A stretch of DNA of 64,000 nucleotides from Harriotta raleighana (GCA_050575255.1 JBNZDD010013717.1:4480457-4544456), one strand, 5' to 3'; numbered from the stretch's first letter, positions 36,946 to 51,330 are shown. The notes: a model not told the origin generated them from the letters alone. Translations and numbers: made by a program.

Positions 36946-38761
36946 GCAAGAATGCAAATTCTTGCTTCAGTAAGCTTTCCCTTGGTCTCCAAGACGGCAT
37001 CTCCCTTTATCTTTGTCTACTAATTATTGACGTACGGATAATATGTTCATAGAGATAATATTAAGCAATTGAATTTGATTTTTAAAAAATGAATGTTTGC
37101 ATACACAAAGCGTCATTCCACTCTACAGTATTTTGTGTGAAGCTCTTTGAGAAATCCTTTTGACATGAAAGCTGTTATATCAAACATATAGATAATTTAA
37201 CTAGGCAGGGATTATGTGATAGAATTTTTAATTATTTTGTGAATTTCTTGTGTTAGTTGAAAAAGATTTGATAAGAACCACGAGGTGAGCACCTTCTCCA
37301 GGTAAGTGCACTCACCTTCCAGCTTACTTAACCACTAAAGTACTCATTTTTGAATCTGACAATTATTTAAATCACAAGAATGGTTTGGGTGAAGAATATC
37401 CATCTGTTCATTTGATCTCCTGCCCACTTTACCAAATTCCCAACACAGCATCAAGCTGTTTTTTAAATAAAACATTATTACGTTCGATAAAACACTTTTC
37501 ACATTGGAAAGGCTTCAAGGAATTTACCGTGAAATATAAAGTATTTGTATTTTGTGGGTGAATGAGCTATTTAATTAACACAGTGCCTCAATCAGCCTTC
37601 CTGGCTATTTGTTCCAATCATTAATTACCTTCTGGTTAAATAAATATTTCCTGCTGGGTGACAGATTTAGATCCCAGTCTAAGTCTTGAGATCACTTGAA
37701 AATGATTTCTGGGCCAGAGAAACCCTGCACCCATCCCTCTTCAGCTGATAAGGATATTCAGCTGTAAATATTACCCTAAGAGGAAGTCAATTAGACACCA
37801 TCCAGGTGTCCAAAAAAAAGGAATTAAAAAAATTATACTAAGTGAGGTGGAAAAAGCAATTTCACTCATCAATAAAGTAAAGCTCCACCTAGTGGACTGT
37901 TCCTTAACTAACATAATGAAGCTTAATAAGACAGTAATTCCTACCCTTATATTCGTTGTACCTGTTCAGCAAGTTCTGATTGTAAATCAAAGAAGACATT
38001 CGAATGCAGTTCTGAGGTGATTTGCATTGTAAGCGATGCCATCCTTTGAATGAGACATTAAATCGAGGTCCCATCTGCCTGTTCGAATCCCACAGCACTA
38101 TTTGAAAAGAGAAGGGCGTTTCTCCCAGTCTCCTGGCCAAAAAACCCTCAAAATCAAATTGTCTTAAGATTTAAGATGAGATCTTAACAACTTCAAATCA
38201 AGTCTTCATGCTTCCAAATTAAGACTGAATGGAAGAATTTTCTGAAACAAGTTGCATCATCTTAAACCTATATTTCAAGCTATTTATTTATGACTTTGTT
38301 TGTTTATCTGTTCATTTATTCATTCATTCATGCATTCATTCATTCGGTTTCTTACCCAATTCTTAAAAGACGCTAAACAAGTGTAATTTTGTTCTTGTTG
38401 TAGTATGTTGCAGTGTTCATCTTTGACTGAATTAATCACAGTGGTCAAATATCCTTTCAAAAAGAAACAAGGAAAATTGAGATATTCTTTCCATTATCTT
38501 TAAAAGTTTAACTCTGTAAATTCAAAATTCTACAATCTGCAGGATTTCTGTGTTTCATGTGTGGATTGGTAGATCCTGCTGTTTTTGAAAATTCCAAAGT
38601 AAAACAATATTAAAGTGATGGTACTTGGCTTCATGCAATTTCCCATCGAGTGAATTACTCAGTTGTGTTTTTAGAAAAGCAAACAATTGAATAGAAAATG
38701 TTTGTCCCCAGGGAGGTTAGACAGTCAGAATGTATGTCACCACAGCTAGCTGGTGTATCCA

Positions 38762-41700
38762 GTACAACTGCAAGATTGGCCTTGGCAAGGGTTTGAGAAG
38801 CTTTTCCACACTCAGCCACACAGCCACATCCTCCTGTCGTGAAAGACGCTATACAAGTGTAATTTTGTTGTGGTGTTGTTGTTGATGCACTCTACTGGGA
38901 GAAATTGCCAATTACCTAACAACCAGATTCCTACTTACTGCTAGGTAAACCGAGGTATGTAGAGTAAGGAAACATGCCTAGTGTTTGGCTCTGTTGGCAA
39001 TCTAACCCAGTTCTTCTCCACTTATGAAGTGACTTATCTAACCACTCTGCTACAGGACTCGAATATGAATTGGCTGCAACATTCACCTACAGATTGTACA
39101 GCCACTACACTTTACAGAATACCATGTGAAGCACTTTGAAATGTCCTGTCACAAAATGCATTGCATCAAAGGATCATGTTTTTATTTACTTATTTATTTA
39201 AATTGTTGTTACGTATTTTGCACCATTAAAATTCAATCTAAAACATGAAAATAATGCTTGTAGAAATTGACTCTTTTGAAAATACCATAGGATTAATTTA
39301 CTTGTCAAAGCAGAGCATCTTTCTACACACCTAGAACATAAGAAGAAAGAGATTTTAAAATTTGCCCTTGGACACGACTGTTACACATACAGTACAAACA
39401 TTAATAAAAACATGACAATGCTAGAAACTTTTAAAACTCTATCCGATATTTCTTCGAAATATAATATAGAATAGGTATCCAAATATTAACAGATTTATTT
39501 TCACATACACAAAATAAGCCATAATTAAATTTGCCTACAGTATTCTTGCATTGCCTGTCTGGGCACGCTTAAATTACCTGTCTCCATGCATATAAATTAC
39601 CAATGTCTAGACATTCATGAATTAGTCTCAACAACATGTTGCTTCAGTTTAATAACATCCATGCCAATCTGAAGTTTCAAACTATTAGCTTTTGAAACAC
39701 TTCCAAAAGAGAATTTAGCAAGAGATTTTTAAAATAAAATGCAGTGATAATGTGGAACTCAGTGCCATTGTGGTTATGCAGAAAACGTCAACACATTTAA
39801 GAAGAAATTTGGAGCATACATGAAAGAGGAGGGAATAGAGGAGAAGAGATGGGGAGAATAGGAGAGGTGGAGGTTCATGTAGAATATAAATTAAATAAAA
39901 TATCAATTTGGTCACTCACATTAGCTGCTGCATTTTGCCCACAAATATGCAGTCAATTGATTTTACAGTATATTCCATGAAGCTCTTTGAGATGGCTAGA
40001 AGATATAAAAAGCACTGTATCAAATGCAACTATTATTATAATTAGTATTATTATTAGAAACACCAGCATGGACAATTTAGACTGAAAGGCTTATTTCTGT
40101 GAAGTGATGCTCTATGTAATTCTATCACTTTCACATCTCGATTTTCATTCTGTAAAGACTATGATCTTCTTCTGAAATATTATCTACCTGAAATGAGAAA
40201 GTCTAATTATTGACAAAAATAAGTTTTATAATATATATTTACAAGTGTATCAATTGTCCTTTCATTATTTTGTTTCATTATTATTATTATTATTATATCA
40301 GGAAGATATCTCATAAGATCACAGGACATCCATCCTCCCATTACTGTAACAAGCTGCTTTTTAAATGAATCCAGAGTGCTGGCTTCTACTACCTGTTCCA
40401 TTTGTTGGTTTCCATCTGAATAAAGAAAAACATCATCGTATCTGTTTCTGAAATTGCCCTGTATAACTCTAAACCAATGTTCTCTTGTTCAAATATCTTG
40501 ATGCAACCTAAGCTATTGATCTGGGAGAGGAGGGGAAGACAAATAATCTATTAAATAATAAATGCAGTATTCCTTCATGTGTTATTTAATGCAGTATTTC
40601 CATCCCCTCCTCTTACTTTCCATGTAAATAGAAGAGCTAACACTGTTAAATTAGTCAACTAAGCCTCTCAAACAGAAGTTTAAAAATCTCTCTCAGCCAG
40701 CTACACTCATCTGACATGCCAACTCACATGCCAACCACATTTGCTATTCATATACAGTAATGCTGACAACAGAGTATAAATATAAAGTAGCCATTAACTG
40801 ATCTAAAAGAGAGGAGGAGCATCTTTACCCGGAGGGCAGAAGGAATGTGAAACACACAATCAGAAACTATGGTTGAAGTAGGAAACATCAACGCATTTAA
40901 GAGGAAACAATGTTCAGTATAACTGAAAAGGAAGGAGACAGTGTGTTGGAAGAGATTAGGAAGCGGGATTGGGTTGGGTGGAATTTCATGAGGAGTAGAA
41001 ACACCAGCATGGGCTAGTTGGAATGTGTGTCCTGCTTCAGTATGGTAGGTGCTCTGTAATTCTATGTAATAAGGTAGTGTTAAGGGTTATTTAATCACCT
41101 AATCAGATAAATGGAACCTAGGTTCAGTATCTCATTCAAAGGATGGCCATAGACCGTGAACTCGGTATTCTGACATACAGGCTGAACCCACATCCTTCCG
41201 ACTCAGATGTCAAACTACTCCAAACTGAGGTAAATTGAAACCATTTTTACCACATGTATCAACTTCTGCTTCCTTCTTCAACCCAACTTTAACCATCTAG
41301 TTACAAACCTATTGAAGACAATTGGTTATAGAAACTATCTATTACAGTAAAACCCTGTTTATCCAATAGTGGCCAGTGGCGGTTAAACTGTTTTTCCGGT
41401 TGAACAGATTTTTTTNGTACAACTGCAAGATTGGCCTTGGCAAGGGTTTGAGAAGCTTTTCCACACTCAGCCACACAGCCACATCCTCCTGTCGTGAAAG
41501 ACGCTATACAAGTGTAATTTTGTTGTGGTGTTGTTGTTGATGCACTCTACTGGGAGAAATTGCCAATTACCTAACAACCAGATTCCTACTTACTGCTAGG
41601 TAAACCGAGGTATGTAGAGTAAGGAAACATGCCTAGTGTTTGGCTCTGTTGGCAATCTAACCCAGTTCTTCTCCACTTATGAAGTGACTTATCTAACCAC

Positions 41701-44070
41701 TCTGCTACAGGACTCGAATATGAATTGGCTGCAACATTCACCTACAGATTGTACAGCCACTACACTTTACAGAATACCATGTGAAGCACTTTGAAATGTC
41801 CTGTCACAAAATGCATTGCATCAAAGGATCATGTTTTTATTTACTTATTTATTTAAATTGTTGTTACGTATTTTGCACCATTAAAATTCAATCTAAAACA
41901 TGAAAATAATGCTTGTAGAAATTGACTCTTTTGAAAATACCATAGGATTAATTTACTTGTCAAAGCAGAGCATCTTTCTACACACCTAGAACATAAGAAG
42001 AAAGAGATTTTAAAATTTGCCCTTGGACACGACTGTTACACATACAGTACAAACATTAATAAAAACATGACAATGCTAGAAACTTTTAAAACTCTATCCG
42101 ATATTTCTTCGAAATATAATATAGAATAGGTATCCAAATATTAACAGATTTATTTTCACATACACAAAATAAGCCATAATTAAATTTGCCTACAGTATTC
42201 TTGCATTGCCTGTCTGGGCACGCTTAAATTACCTGTCTCCATGCATATAAATTACCAATGTCTAGACATTCATGAATTAGTCTCAACAACATGTTGCTTC
42301 AGTTTAATAACATCCATGCCAATCTGAAGTTTCAAACTATTAGCTTTTGAAACACTTCCAAAAGAGAATTTAGCAAGAGATTTTTAAAATAAAATGCAGT
42401 GATAATGTGGAACTCAGTGCCATTGTGGTTATGCAGAAAACGTCAACACATTTAAGAAGAAATTTGGAGCATACATGAAAGAGGAGGGAATAGAGGAGAA
42501 GAGATGGGGAGAATAGGAGAGGTGGAGGTTCATGTAGAATATAAATTAAATAAAATATCAATTTGGTCACTCACATTAGCTGCTGCATTTTGCCCACAAA
42601 TATGCAGTCAATTGATTTTACAGTATATTCCATGAAGCTCTTTGAGATGGCTAGAAGATATAAAAAGCACTGTATCAAATGCAACTATTATTATAATTAG
42701 TATTATTATTAGAAACACCAGCATGGACAATTTAGACTGAAAGGCTTATTTCTGTGAAGTGATGCTCTATGTAATTCTATCACTTTCACATCTCGATTTT
42801 CATTCTGTAAAGACTATGATCTTCTTCTGAAATATTATCTACCTGAAATGAGAAAGTCTAATTATTGACAAAAATAAGTTTTATAATATATATTTACAAG
42901 TGTATCAATTGTCCTTTCATTATTTTGTTTCATTATTATTATTATTATTATATCAGGAAGATATCTCATAAGATCACAGGACATCCATCCTCCCATTACT
43001 GTAACAAGCTGCTTTTTAAATGAATCCAGAGTGCTGGCTTCTACTACCTGTTCCATTTGTTGGTTTCCATCTGAATAAAGAAAAACATCATCGTATCTGT
43101 TTCTGAAATTGCCCTGTATAACTCTAAACCAATGTTCTCTTGTTCAAATATCTTGATGCAACCTAAGCTATTGATCTGGGAGAGGAGGGGAAGACAAATA
43201 ATCTATTAAATAATAAATGCAGTATTCCTTCATGTGTTATTTAATGCAGTATTTCCATCCCCTCCTCTTACTTTCCATGTAAATAGAAGAGCTAACACTG
43301 TTAAATTAGTCAACTAAGCCTCTCAAACAGAAGTTTAAAAATCTCTCTCAGCCAGCTACACTCATCTGACATGCCAACTCACATGCCAACCACATTTGCT
43401 ATTCATATACAGTAATGCTGACAACAGAGTATAAATATAAAGTAGCCATTAACTGATCTAAAAGAGAGGAGGAGCATCTTTACCCGGAGGGCAGAAGGAA
43501 TGTGAAACACACAATCAGAAACTATGGTTGAAGTAGGAAACATCAACGCATTTAAGAGGAAACAATGTTCAGTATAACTGAAAAGGAAGGAGACAGTGTG
43601 TTGGAAGAGATTAGGAAGCGGGATTGGGTTGGGTGGAATTTCATGAGGAGTAGAAACACCAGCATGGGCTAGTTGGAATGTGTGTCCTGCTTCAGTATGG
43701 TAGGTGCTCTGTAATTCTATGTAATAAGGTAGTGTTAAGGGTTATTTAATCACCTAATCAGATAAATGGAACCTAGGTTCAGTATCTCATTCAAAGGATG
43801 GCCATAGACCGTGAACTCGGTATTCTGACATACAGGCTGAACCCACATCCTTCCGACTCAGATGTCAAACTACTCCAAACTGAGGTAAATTGAAACCATT
43901 TTTACCACATGTATCAACTTCTGCTTCCTTCTTCAACCCAACTTTAACCATCTAGTTACAAACCTATTGAAGACAATTGGTTATAGAAACTATCTATTAC
44001 AGTAAAACCCTGTTTATCCAGTAGTGGCCAGTGGCGGTTAAACTGTTTTTCCGGTTGAACAGATTTTTTT
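38762..44070 (+). repeat. 2654-bp direct duplication (38762-41415 = 41417-44070) separated by one N; probable false duplication
   Basis: Constant offset of 2655, with identical ORFs at 39715/42370 and 40207/42862. One mismatch noticed (41366 A versus 44021 G). Confidence 0.93.
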
Positions 44071-44767
44071 GTAATTAAAAATTATTTTAACATATACCAT
44101 ATTAATAATAGACTATATAATAACAGAATATTCTATTAGTACACTATTATTTATACTTAACTTTGCAATCGCAGTACTGGTTCGATGGAGGTAAACAAAA
44201 CGCGACTTTAAAAAGCAATGAGTTTAGACCTAACGGCCAGCTCCACACACACCCACCCTCAAAGATATTCAGTCTGAATTCTGTCCCACTTCTCAATTTC
44301 CTCTCTCTCCCTCCGTATCAACCTACCTGCATTACTCTCTCTCTCACTCCATTTTGCTTTCCCCCATCTCAGTCCCAGAGAGAGAGAGAATGAGAGAGAG
44401 AGACTGTGATTGGGAGAGAGAGAGAGAGAGACTGTAATTGGGGAAAAGAAAGAGAGACTGAGAGAGAGAAACTGTGATTGGGGGAAGAGAGACTGAGAGA
44501 AACTGAGAGAGAGACTGTGATTGGCGAGAGAATGTGTGAGAGAGAGAGAGAGACTGTGATTAGGGAAAAGAGAGAGAGACATACCCCCTTTGGAGCCTAT
44601 GCTCCAAGCAAACGAGGTAAAAAGGTGACTTTTAAAAGGACCCGGAATGAGTTTAGACTCAACATTAAACATGTCACTGGATAACTTCCGGTTAATCGAA
44701 TTGGGACCTTTTTTTGAGGTGGCGGGTTTTCCGATTATTCAAGTCACGAATAAACAAAGTTTAACTG
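44000..44767. mobile_element. Tigger/pogo-type MITE with a GA-rich minisatellite interior
   Basis: TA|CAGTAAAACCCTGTTTATCC ... GAATAAACAAAGTTTAACTG|TA. Interior has about five (GA)n-CTGTGATTGG units at 44375-44580. Confidence 0.85.
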
Positions 44768-44912
44768 TAGTTGCCTTCTGAAATATGTTCAATACATTTA
44801 CATTTTCTACTAATTTAGTTACTTCTTCCAAGAATCCCTTTGTTTAATTGAACATTGACCTTGCTTCATTGCCCTCATTGAGTTCATCTTCTCAACTGCT
44901 CTTGGACATTTT

Positions 44913-45215
44913 GTCCTGTAGCTCACTCGCCTACAGGCGAGCACTCGCCTTATAAGTGACAGACCTGGGATCAATTTCAGGCAGGGCAAAACCTTGGACA
45001 AGTTTCCTTACTCCACACTTCTGATAATAATCTCTCAAGAAAGAAAATTAATAAATCGGTCATTTCAATCCATTACTGTTTGCGGAACACTGCAATTGGT
45101 TACCACGTTTTGCCCACAAATATACCGTCAATTCACTTTAAAGTATATTCTGTGAAGCACTTTGAGACATCTAAAAGATGTGAAAAGCAGTACATCAAAT
45201 GCAAGGATTATTATG
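44913..45215 (+). mobile_element. tRNA-derived SINE
   Basis: Family consensus, with an internal duplication of cactcgcct in the head. Confidence 0.85.
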
Positions 45216-45382
45216 AATATTATTTTCTCCGCTAATGACTCTATTTCTTTAATTCACGTCTTACTTATGTTTTGAAGATAGAAATGTTACATCATTCAGT
45301 ACTGAGGTGCAACGTATTTTTATTGAACATGAACATTAGTTTGTCTAGCTTTTTTTGTTCAGTTGCTCTCATTCTACGTCTA

Positions 45383-45715
45383 CAGTAAAACCTCGATAAT
45401 CTGACATTCCGAAAATTGGGAACTTCCTAAATCCGGCAAGATTTCAAAATACATACAGTATTAATTTTTTTCTGACGTCCGGCAAATCTTCCGAACTTCA
45501 GAACAGCTGTTTGTAGATCCTGGTGTGGACACTATGTCATCCGGCGTGGTGGGTGGAGCTCCAGCACATTTGGTCTTCAGTGCTGTGTGTACAGCACAAG
45601 TGATGTGTGGGTGGGGCTTCCTCAGCCACTTCTAGGTGGGTTTCTAAATACAGGCAAACTCCGAAATCTGGGTGGTGAGTCAGCCCAACCGTGTTGTATT
45701 ATCACGGTTTTACTG
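45383..45715. mobile_element. Second Tigger/pogo-type MITE family
   Basis: TA|CAGTAAAACCTCGATAAT versus reverse-complement CAGTAAAACCGTGATAAT|TA (16/18). Confidence 0.85.
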
Positions 45716-45899
45716 TAATAGAACTACTACTAATATGATAGTTACATTTGGGATAATGCCTTTCACGATGGGAGAAAATTCAATGTATTTCACAGGATTT
45801 ACTATAAACTGGGGTAACATGTTTTTTGAATGGCGAATGAAGCAGCCAATTTGCATACTTGTGTGTCACAAACAGCCATAAACAAACAGCTTTGATGTG

Positions 45900-46282
45900 T
45901 GAACCTAGTGCAGTGGTAGCACTCTCGCCTCTGAATCAGAAGGTTGTGGGTTAAAGCCCTATGATATAACTTGGAATCGCACAGCCTAAATTGACACTCC
46001 AATGCATTGTCAGGCATGAGATGCTAATCTCATCCAAAAAGGTTCTGTCTGCCTGTTCAGGTAGATATCAGAGATCCTATGACAACTATTCCAAAAGAAA
46101 AATCATTTTCTCCCAGTATCATGACCAATAAATCCTATAAATAAAATTGGTCACTCACTCTATGGCTATTAGTGGGACATTGGCTGCCATATTTCACTCA
46201 CAAAACTTTACAGTATCTTCTGTGTAACGTTTTTGAGATGCCTGGAAGATGTGATAAAGATCAAATGCAAGGATTAGTATTA
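45900..46282 (+). mobile_element. Older tRNA-headed SINE, Deu-domain-like (related copies near 37975, 49700, 51085)
   Basis: Head gtgcagtggtagcactctcgcctctgaatcagaaggttgtgggtt, central gtctgcctgttcaggtagat...gatcctatgacaactatt, and a 3' half shared with the main SINE. Confidence 0.65.
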
Positions 46283-46402
46283 CTAACCTATTATCAATGG
46301 TGAAGATTAGCCTAGGTGATGGATTTAGCATTTTTGAGGAGGTTCACTAGATTCCATAGATACACATTCATTCTGAATCTTGATTTTCTCAGCATTTTAG
46401 AG

Positions 46403-46860
46403 CAACAACAACAACTTTGATTTATATAGCGCCCTCCATGCCGGACGGCATCTTAGATCGCTCCACAACAATGGATCCCGGGACCGAGCAAGGGCAGGGG
46501 TAGAAAGGTGACCAAAGGTGCGATTAAAGAGAAAGATCTTTAGCTGGGACCTGAAACTGGGAAGAGAGGGGACAAAGTGAAGGGAGTGAAGAAAAGAGTT
46601 CCAGAGCTTTGGGGTGTATTGGCTTAAAGCACGGCTGCCGAGGGTGGAGTGGAGGATTTGGGGAACAAGGAGGAGGCCAGATCCGGTGGAGCGAAGGTAA
46701 CGGGTGCTGGTTTGAGGAGAGAGGAGGTTGGAGAGGTAGGGGGGGTGCAGAGGAGTGAAGGGATTTGAAAACAAGGGTGAGGATCTTGAAGTCGATCCTC
46801 TCTGGGACAGGGAGCCAGTGGTCTGGCAAAGATTGGGGTAAGGGGGGAGTGAAGTTTGTA
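46403..46860 (-). mobile_element. L2 3' fragment
   Basis: HWLPVPERIDFKILTLVFKSLH, GSRALSQYTPKLWNS and an (AAC)n tail. Confidence 0.9.
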
Positions 46861-49800
46861 GCATCCAGAATTTGGTAAATTCCTAGCCTTAATTTGGATG
46901 ATGTTTTTCTAAGTTTCTGTTAAGAACTGCAGAGGATCTAAATTCAGCAATTTGCCATATCCTGGAAGCTCTGAAAAGCTGAGAAAATAGAATAAATCTA
47001 GACCCTAGTGGATTTTCATCTCATGTGTGTTTTTCAGTGCTGTGGCTGGCGTCTGCTCTATTATGTAAAAGGATGGATTACATGATGAATATTCATCCAG
47101 TTATTTAGCTTCAGCTGTTTAAGATCATGTAGCCAAGGTCAGCAAATTTACCAACCTGGGGAGAATCAGAACATGCTTGACCACCACGATGGACGGTAGG
47201 TGAATCATTTCCTTCGTATTTGCAAAATCGTGGCGTTTGTGGAAATGTGAGGCGATACTGAGATGTGCTTCATCATTAACAAGAGATGCACAATAGGTAA
47301 CTATGCCTTTACCTAAGCAATTGCCTCTTAGATTCCCTATAAATTGGTGCCGAATTTACGGTATGTGTCAACTGTATATGAACACGTGTGTACAGAGGAA
47401 ATTACAGTTGCCATTAAATAATTAATGAATTACAATTGTCTTCCTTTTTATGGGTTATTAATTAATTAAGAACCCATGAAAGAAGGCAATTGTCGTGGTC
47501 GATAATCCACCAGATAAAATGGATCATTCACTTCATGGCTGTTTGTGGTCCATTGTTGTGTGTGAATTGGCTTCTGTGATCCCAGTGAAGCACATTGAGA
47601 TGTCACCCAATGTTATAAACCAAGGCACTATATTGAAGGCTATTATTATTATTATTATAATTAATAGAGGATTCCAGGAGATTTGCTAATCTTATGTTGG
47701 CTATACATAACTAATTCCTTCTAAACACAGGCATTTACATTCAAGTTAACACAAGACACAAATTGCTTTTGAAGTTTTAAAAATAGATATTATCCACATT
47801 CTACCCAATGCATTGCTTTCTACATTCTTCTGTGTGCACTGAGCATATTAACAGATAAGGCATAAGCAGTGCAGTAAATAGATTTTCCCAAAGACGGTGA
47901 ATAACCTTACAGCATATTTCTTATCAGGGATAATTTGCTCTTCGTTTGTCCTTCGCTGTTGTGGAGATTTCATATGATGACCTGCCCTATGGTGAGTTAT
48001 CAGTTGCAAAATCCATTTGTACCTTCATGCTACTATTTTGAGTACATTGTCATCAATCAGTTTCATATATGTATCCACAACAGCTATTGGCTCTTCCATT
48101 CTATCAACAGTTTGCTGAATGAGATCTGTAGCTTTACTCTGTGTACTCAAAACCTAGGGCCACTTTATAACTGAATAGAATCCGTTAAAGGCTGTGTAGC
48201 TAATTCAACTTGGATGAAACTGACTTGGGGATTCTTTGAACTATTATTGAAACAGATTTGCAGGCGCTGTATGTTCTAATGAAGCTCATAATATCAGAGT
48301 TGGAAGCCACTGGTACAACAACATGCACAGTATTGATTTACATTCAACGTCTGTCTGCTGTAGACTCTGCTGAAACACATTATTAATCCTGATAATGGAT
48401 TAACAATAGCATTTTCTTCACAGCTTGAGAAATTTAATATTTTTCCCGCATCAAAATGTTGCTAAAAATGTATATATATATCGATGGAGAATGAAACCAG
48501 CCCTTAACTGGTATGATGCTATGTCTCGTGGGCCAAATTGAATCTTAGCAACGCACCATAGCAACAGTATGCAGTGGACCACATTGTTCAGTACTATTGG
48601 GTAATATTCCAATGCAGATATTATAAAGACGAGGCACTGGTTATAAAAACCCAATACTGTACCTGAAAATAAGGCAACTAATTCACTGTGTAATAATAAT
48701 TGATAATGCACTGGTAATTTATATAACTATATTTGTAAGAATTCATATAATGCAAAAAAAATCAAATCCTTTGATAGGTAGTAATCATCCTCCTCCTGAA
48801 AATGCCTATTTCATATTATGAGGAATTGCTGTACAAAGATTCTCCATCCACCAAAAGATAATTCAAAGTAATCTCATATGTCCTACAATATATATCTCCT
48901 TGGCATAGAGATATGAGTCTCGCTCTACAGAACATTGAATTATTTATCTATGAAGATAAATTATCTCTATATCTCTATCAAACCCTTATACACTCAATCA
49001 CTTGAGCCACATATATATCCATTCAACTCTACTTTTCAAGAAAATATTATCCCTGATTATCCCATGGAGTTGCCCAGAGAAGTTGCTCCCAATCTTCCAA
49101 CATGAACAGCACGAACTGTAAGAAAGAGTTAGGGACTGAGTGGGATGGAATCCTTGTCCCCAATGACCCGCTGACTTCTAACAGTAGCTGGTCTGTTATC
49201 AACAGTGCTCTGGAGTTTGGCAAACCTATCTGCCTCAGGAACAACAAAAACAAATTGCATTTGTGTGGCTCTCCACACACAGGGTAGCATCCCAGAATGC
49301 TTGACAGTAGCAGAACACAACTCCGGCCTCAATATTAAAACTACCGAGATTATCACAGAGGATTAACTTGTATCTGACATTCCATTGGCAAGCATATCAC
49401 ATTGAATATTCCCCTGCACTCCTCCCCCACCCATCCCTCAGAAAATTAGTGCTATTTCAAGTTGTTCAATATGGAAAGAGAGAGTTATGTTAATATATAA
49501 GAACTGAGAGTTAGGGAATGTAAAGATCCATTTTTTGACAGTGGGATTTGTCTTGCATCATATTTGCAGACACAATAATCTTGTTTCAGTTCTTTGAGGA
49601 ATGGGATGCTTAGTATCAGCACTCTGAATGATCTAATGATATATAGAGCTGAGCATGTTTTTCAATAATCTTTTTCCCTTATCAAAAGCGATTATAATAA
49701 TAATAAAAATCCTTGAATTTGATACAGTGCCATAACAAATTATCAAAATATCAACAAGATTTCCTATCAAGAGTAGTAACTGTATATTTTATAGGCGATT

Positions 49801-51330
49801 GAGGACATCAATTTACACCCAGGAATATCCTATAAACCCAGATGTTTGAGAGAAATGAAGTGATTGTCAAATTTTACCAGGAGAATTTTTGACCAAGACA
49901 CTAGGAGAAATTTATTTTAAAATATTACCAAGGGATCTGAACGGGCAGACAGGACCTTGATTTAATATCTCATTTGAATAATAACACACTTGACAATGTA
50001 GCGCTTCCCCTAGCACAGCAAAATTGAAGCATCATTCCTAAATTATGAGCTGAAAGTCCTGATGTGGGGTCTTGAATCCACAACGTGCAGTTATTAGATG
50101 ACTTGATGTCTGCTGGTGTCTTATGTAACTTGAAAGACCACAATGAGTTCTGTGATTTTTTTGGATTTTATGCAGATATTTAGTCTTTGAATTCCACAGC
50201 ATCAAATATATGGTTTCACCATCAAGAATCATGGCCTAAATATTTGATGTAGGTACAGCAGAAGATGTCTTAAAATGACTTGGGCCTCTGTAAGAATTTT
50301 TCTTAAAAATGAACTTATCACCCACTAAAAATTATTATTTTCACTTTACCCTATAAAGTAGATCTTATACTTGGAATAAAATACACCAATATTATAGTTA
50401 GTGAGAAATGATATAATTGGTTCAGATTTTCTTCTACTTTTATTCATTAAAATAATAAATCAAGTAGAAAAGGCAAATTAAATTGTGTTTAGTTCAATGC
50501 TTTGCTGTGCTACTCCTAGTGAAGGCGCAGTATAAATGCAAGTTGTTGTTGAGTTTGGGTTGATGGCTTGATGATTAATATTCACTCAACAATCTTTATG
50601 CTTTGTTCAGAGGTTATGTATTATACGGCCGAATATTGATTCTTCATATCGAATGATATGCTGCATAGAATGGTTAATTTGATGAATAATATCAATTAAA
50701 ATAATAATGAAATTCCACTCTATAAGGAGATACAGATCTTTTTACACCAAACATATTTGTTGGTAATTTTTCAAATTCACTACAATATGGAGTAAATGAT
50801 TAAGTAAATTAAATTCAGTGAAATACTATGTAAACCATTTGGTCCGGTTGTTCTCACTCACCAGAGGCCCCAAATTCCAAATAGTCCTAACCCGTATTAA
50901 AATTAAGGATCATGCAGAATTATAGAAAATTNTGTAAGATAGTTTGGTATTAAAATTAAGGATCATGCAGAATTATAGAAAATTCTTAAATACAGCCTTA
51001 CTTTAGAAGCTGGTTCTCTGTAGTTCTTAAAAAGAAAATAAATAATGGTTGAGAATGCAAAACTGACTCAAAATAAGTGACTTCAGTTGTTAACACTCTT
51101 GCCTCTGAGAGTTAGGAGGTTGTCCCAAGTCAGGACTTGGAAACTAAAATTCTATGCTGAAAATGCAATGCAGTGATGGGGATGTGCTGGATTGTCAAAT
51201 CGGACATTAAACCAAGGTCCCATCTACCTGTCCAATTGGATGTTATAGAGCCCATGGCACTATTTGAAAAGAGAGGGAGTTTCTCCCAGTGTCCTGGCCA
51301 ACAATCCCTCAATCAAATTAAATTGGTCAT

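Noticed and set aside
49047-49356. Overlapping short ORFs in non-repeat sequence
   Set aside because: No recognisable homology and no convincing splice-site pair.
50894-50984. 38-bp direct repeat with a short spacer, superficially CRISPR-like
   Set aside because: Only two copies, N at 50932, eukaryotic context and no cas genes.
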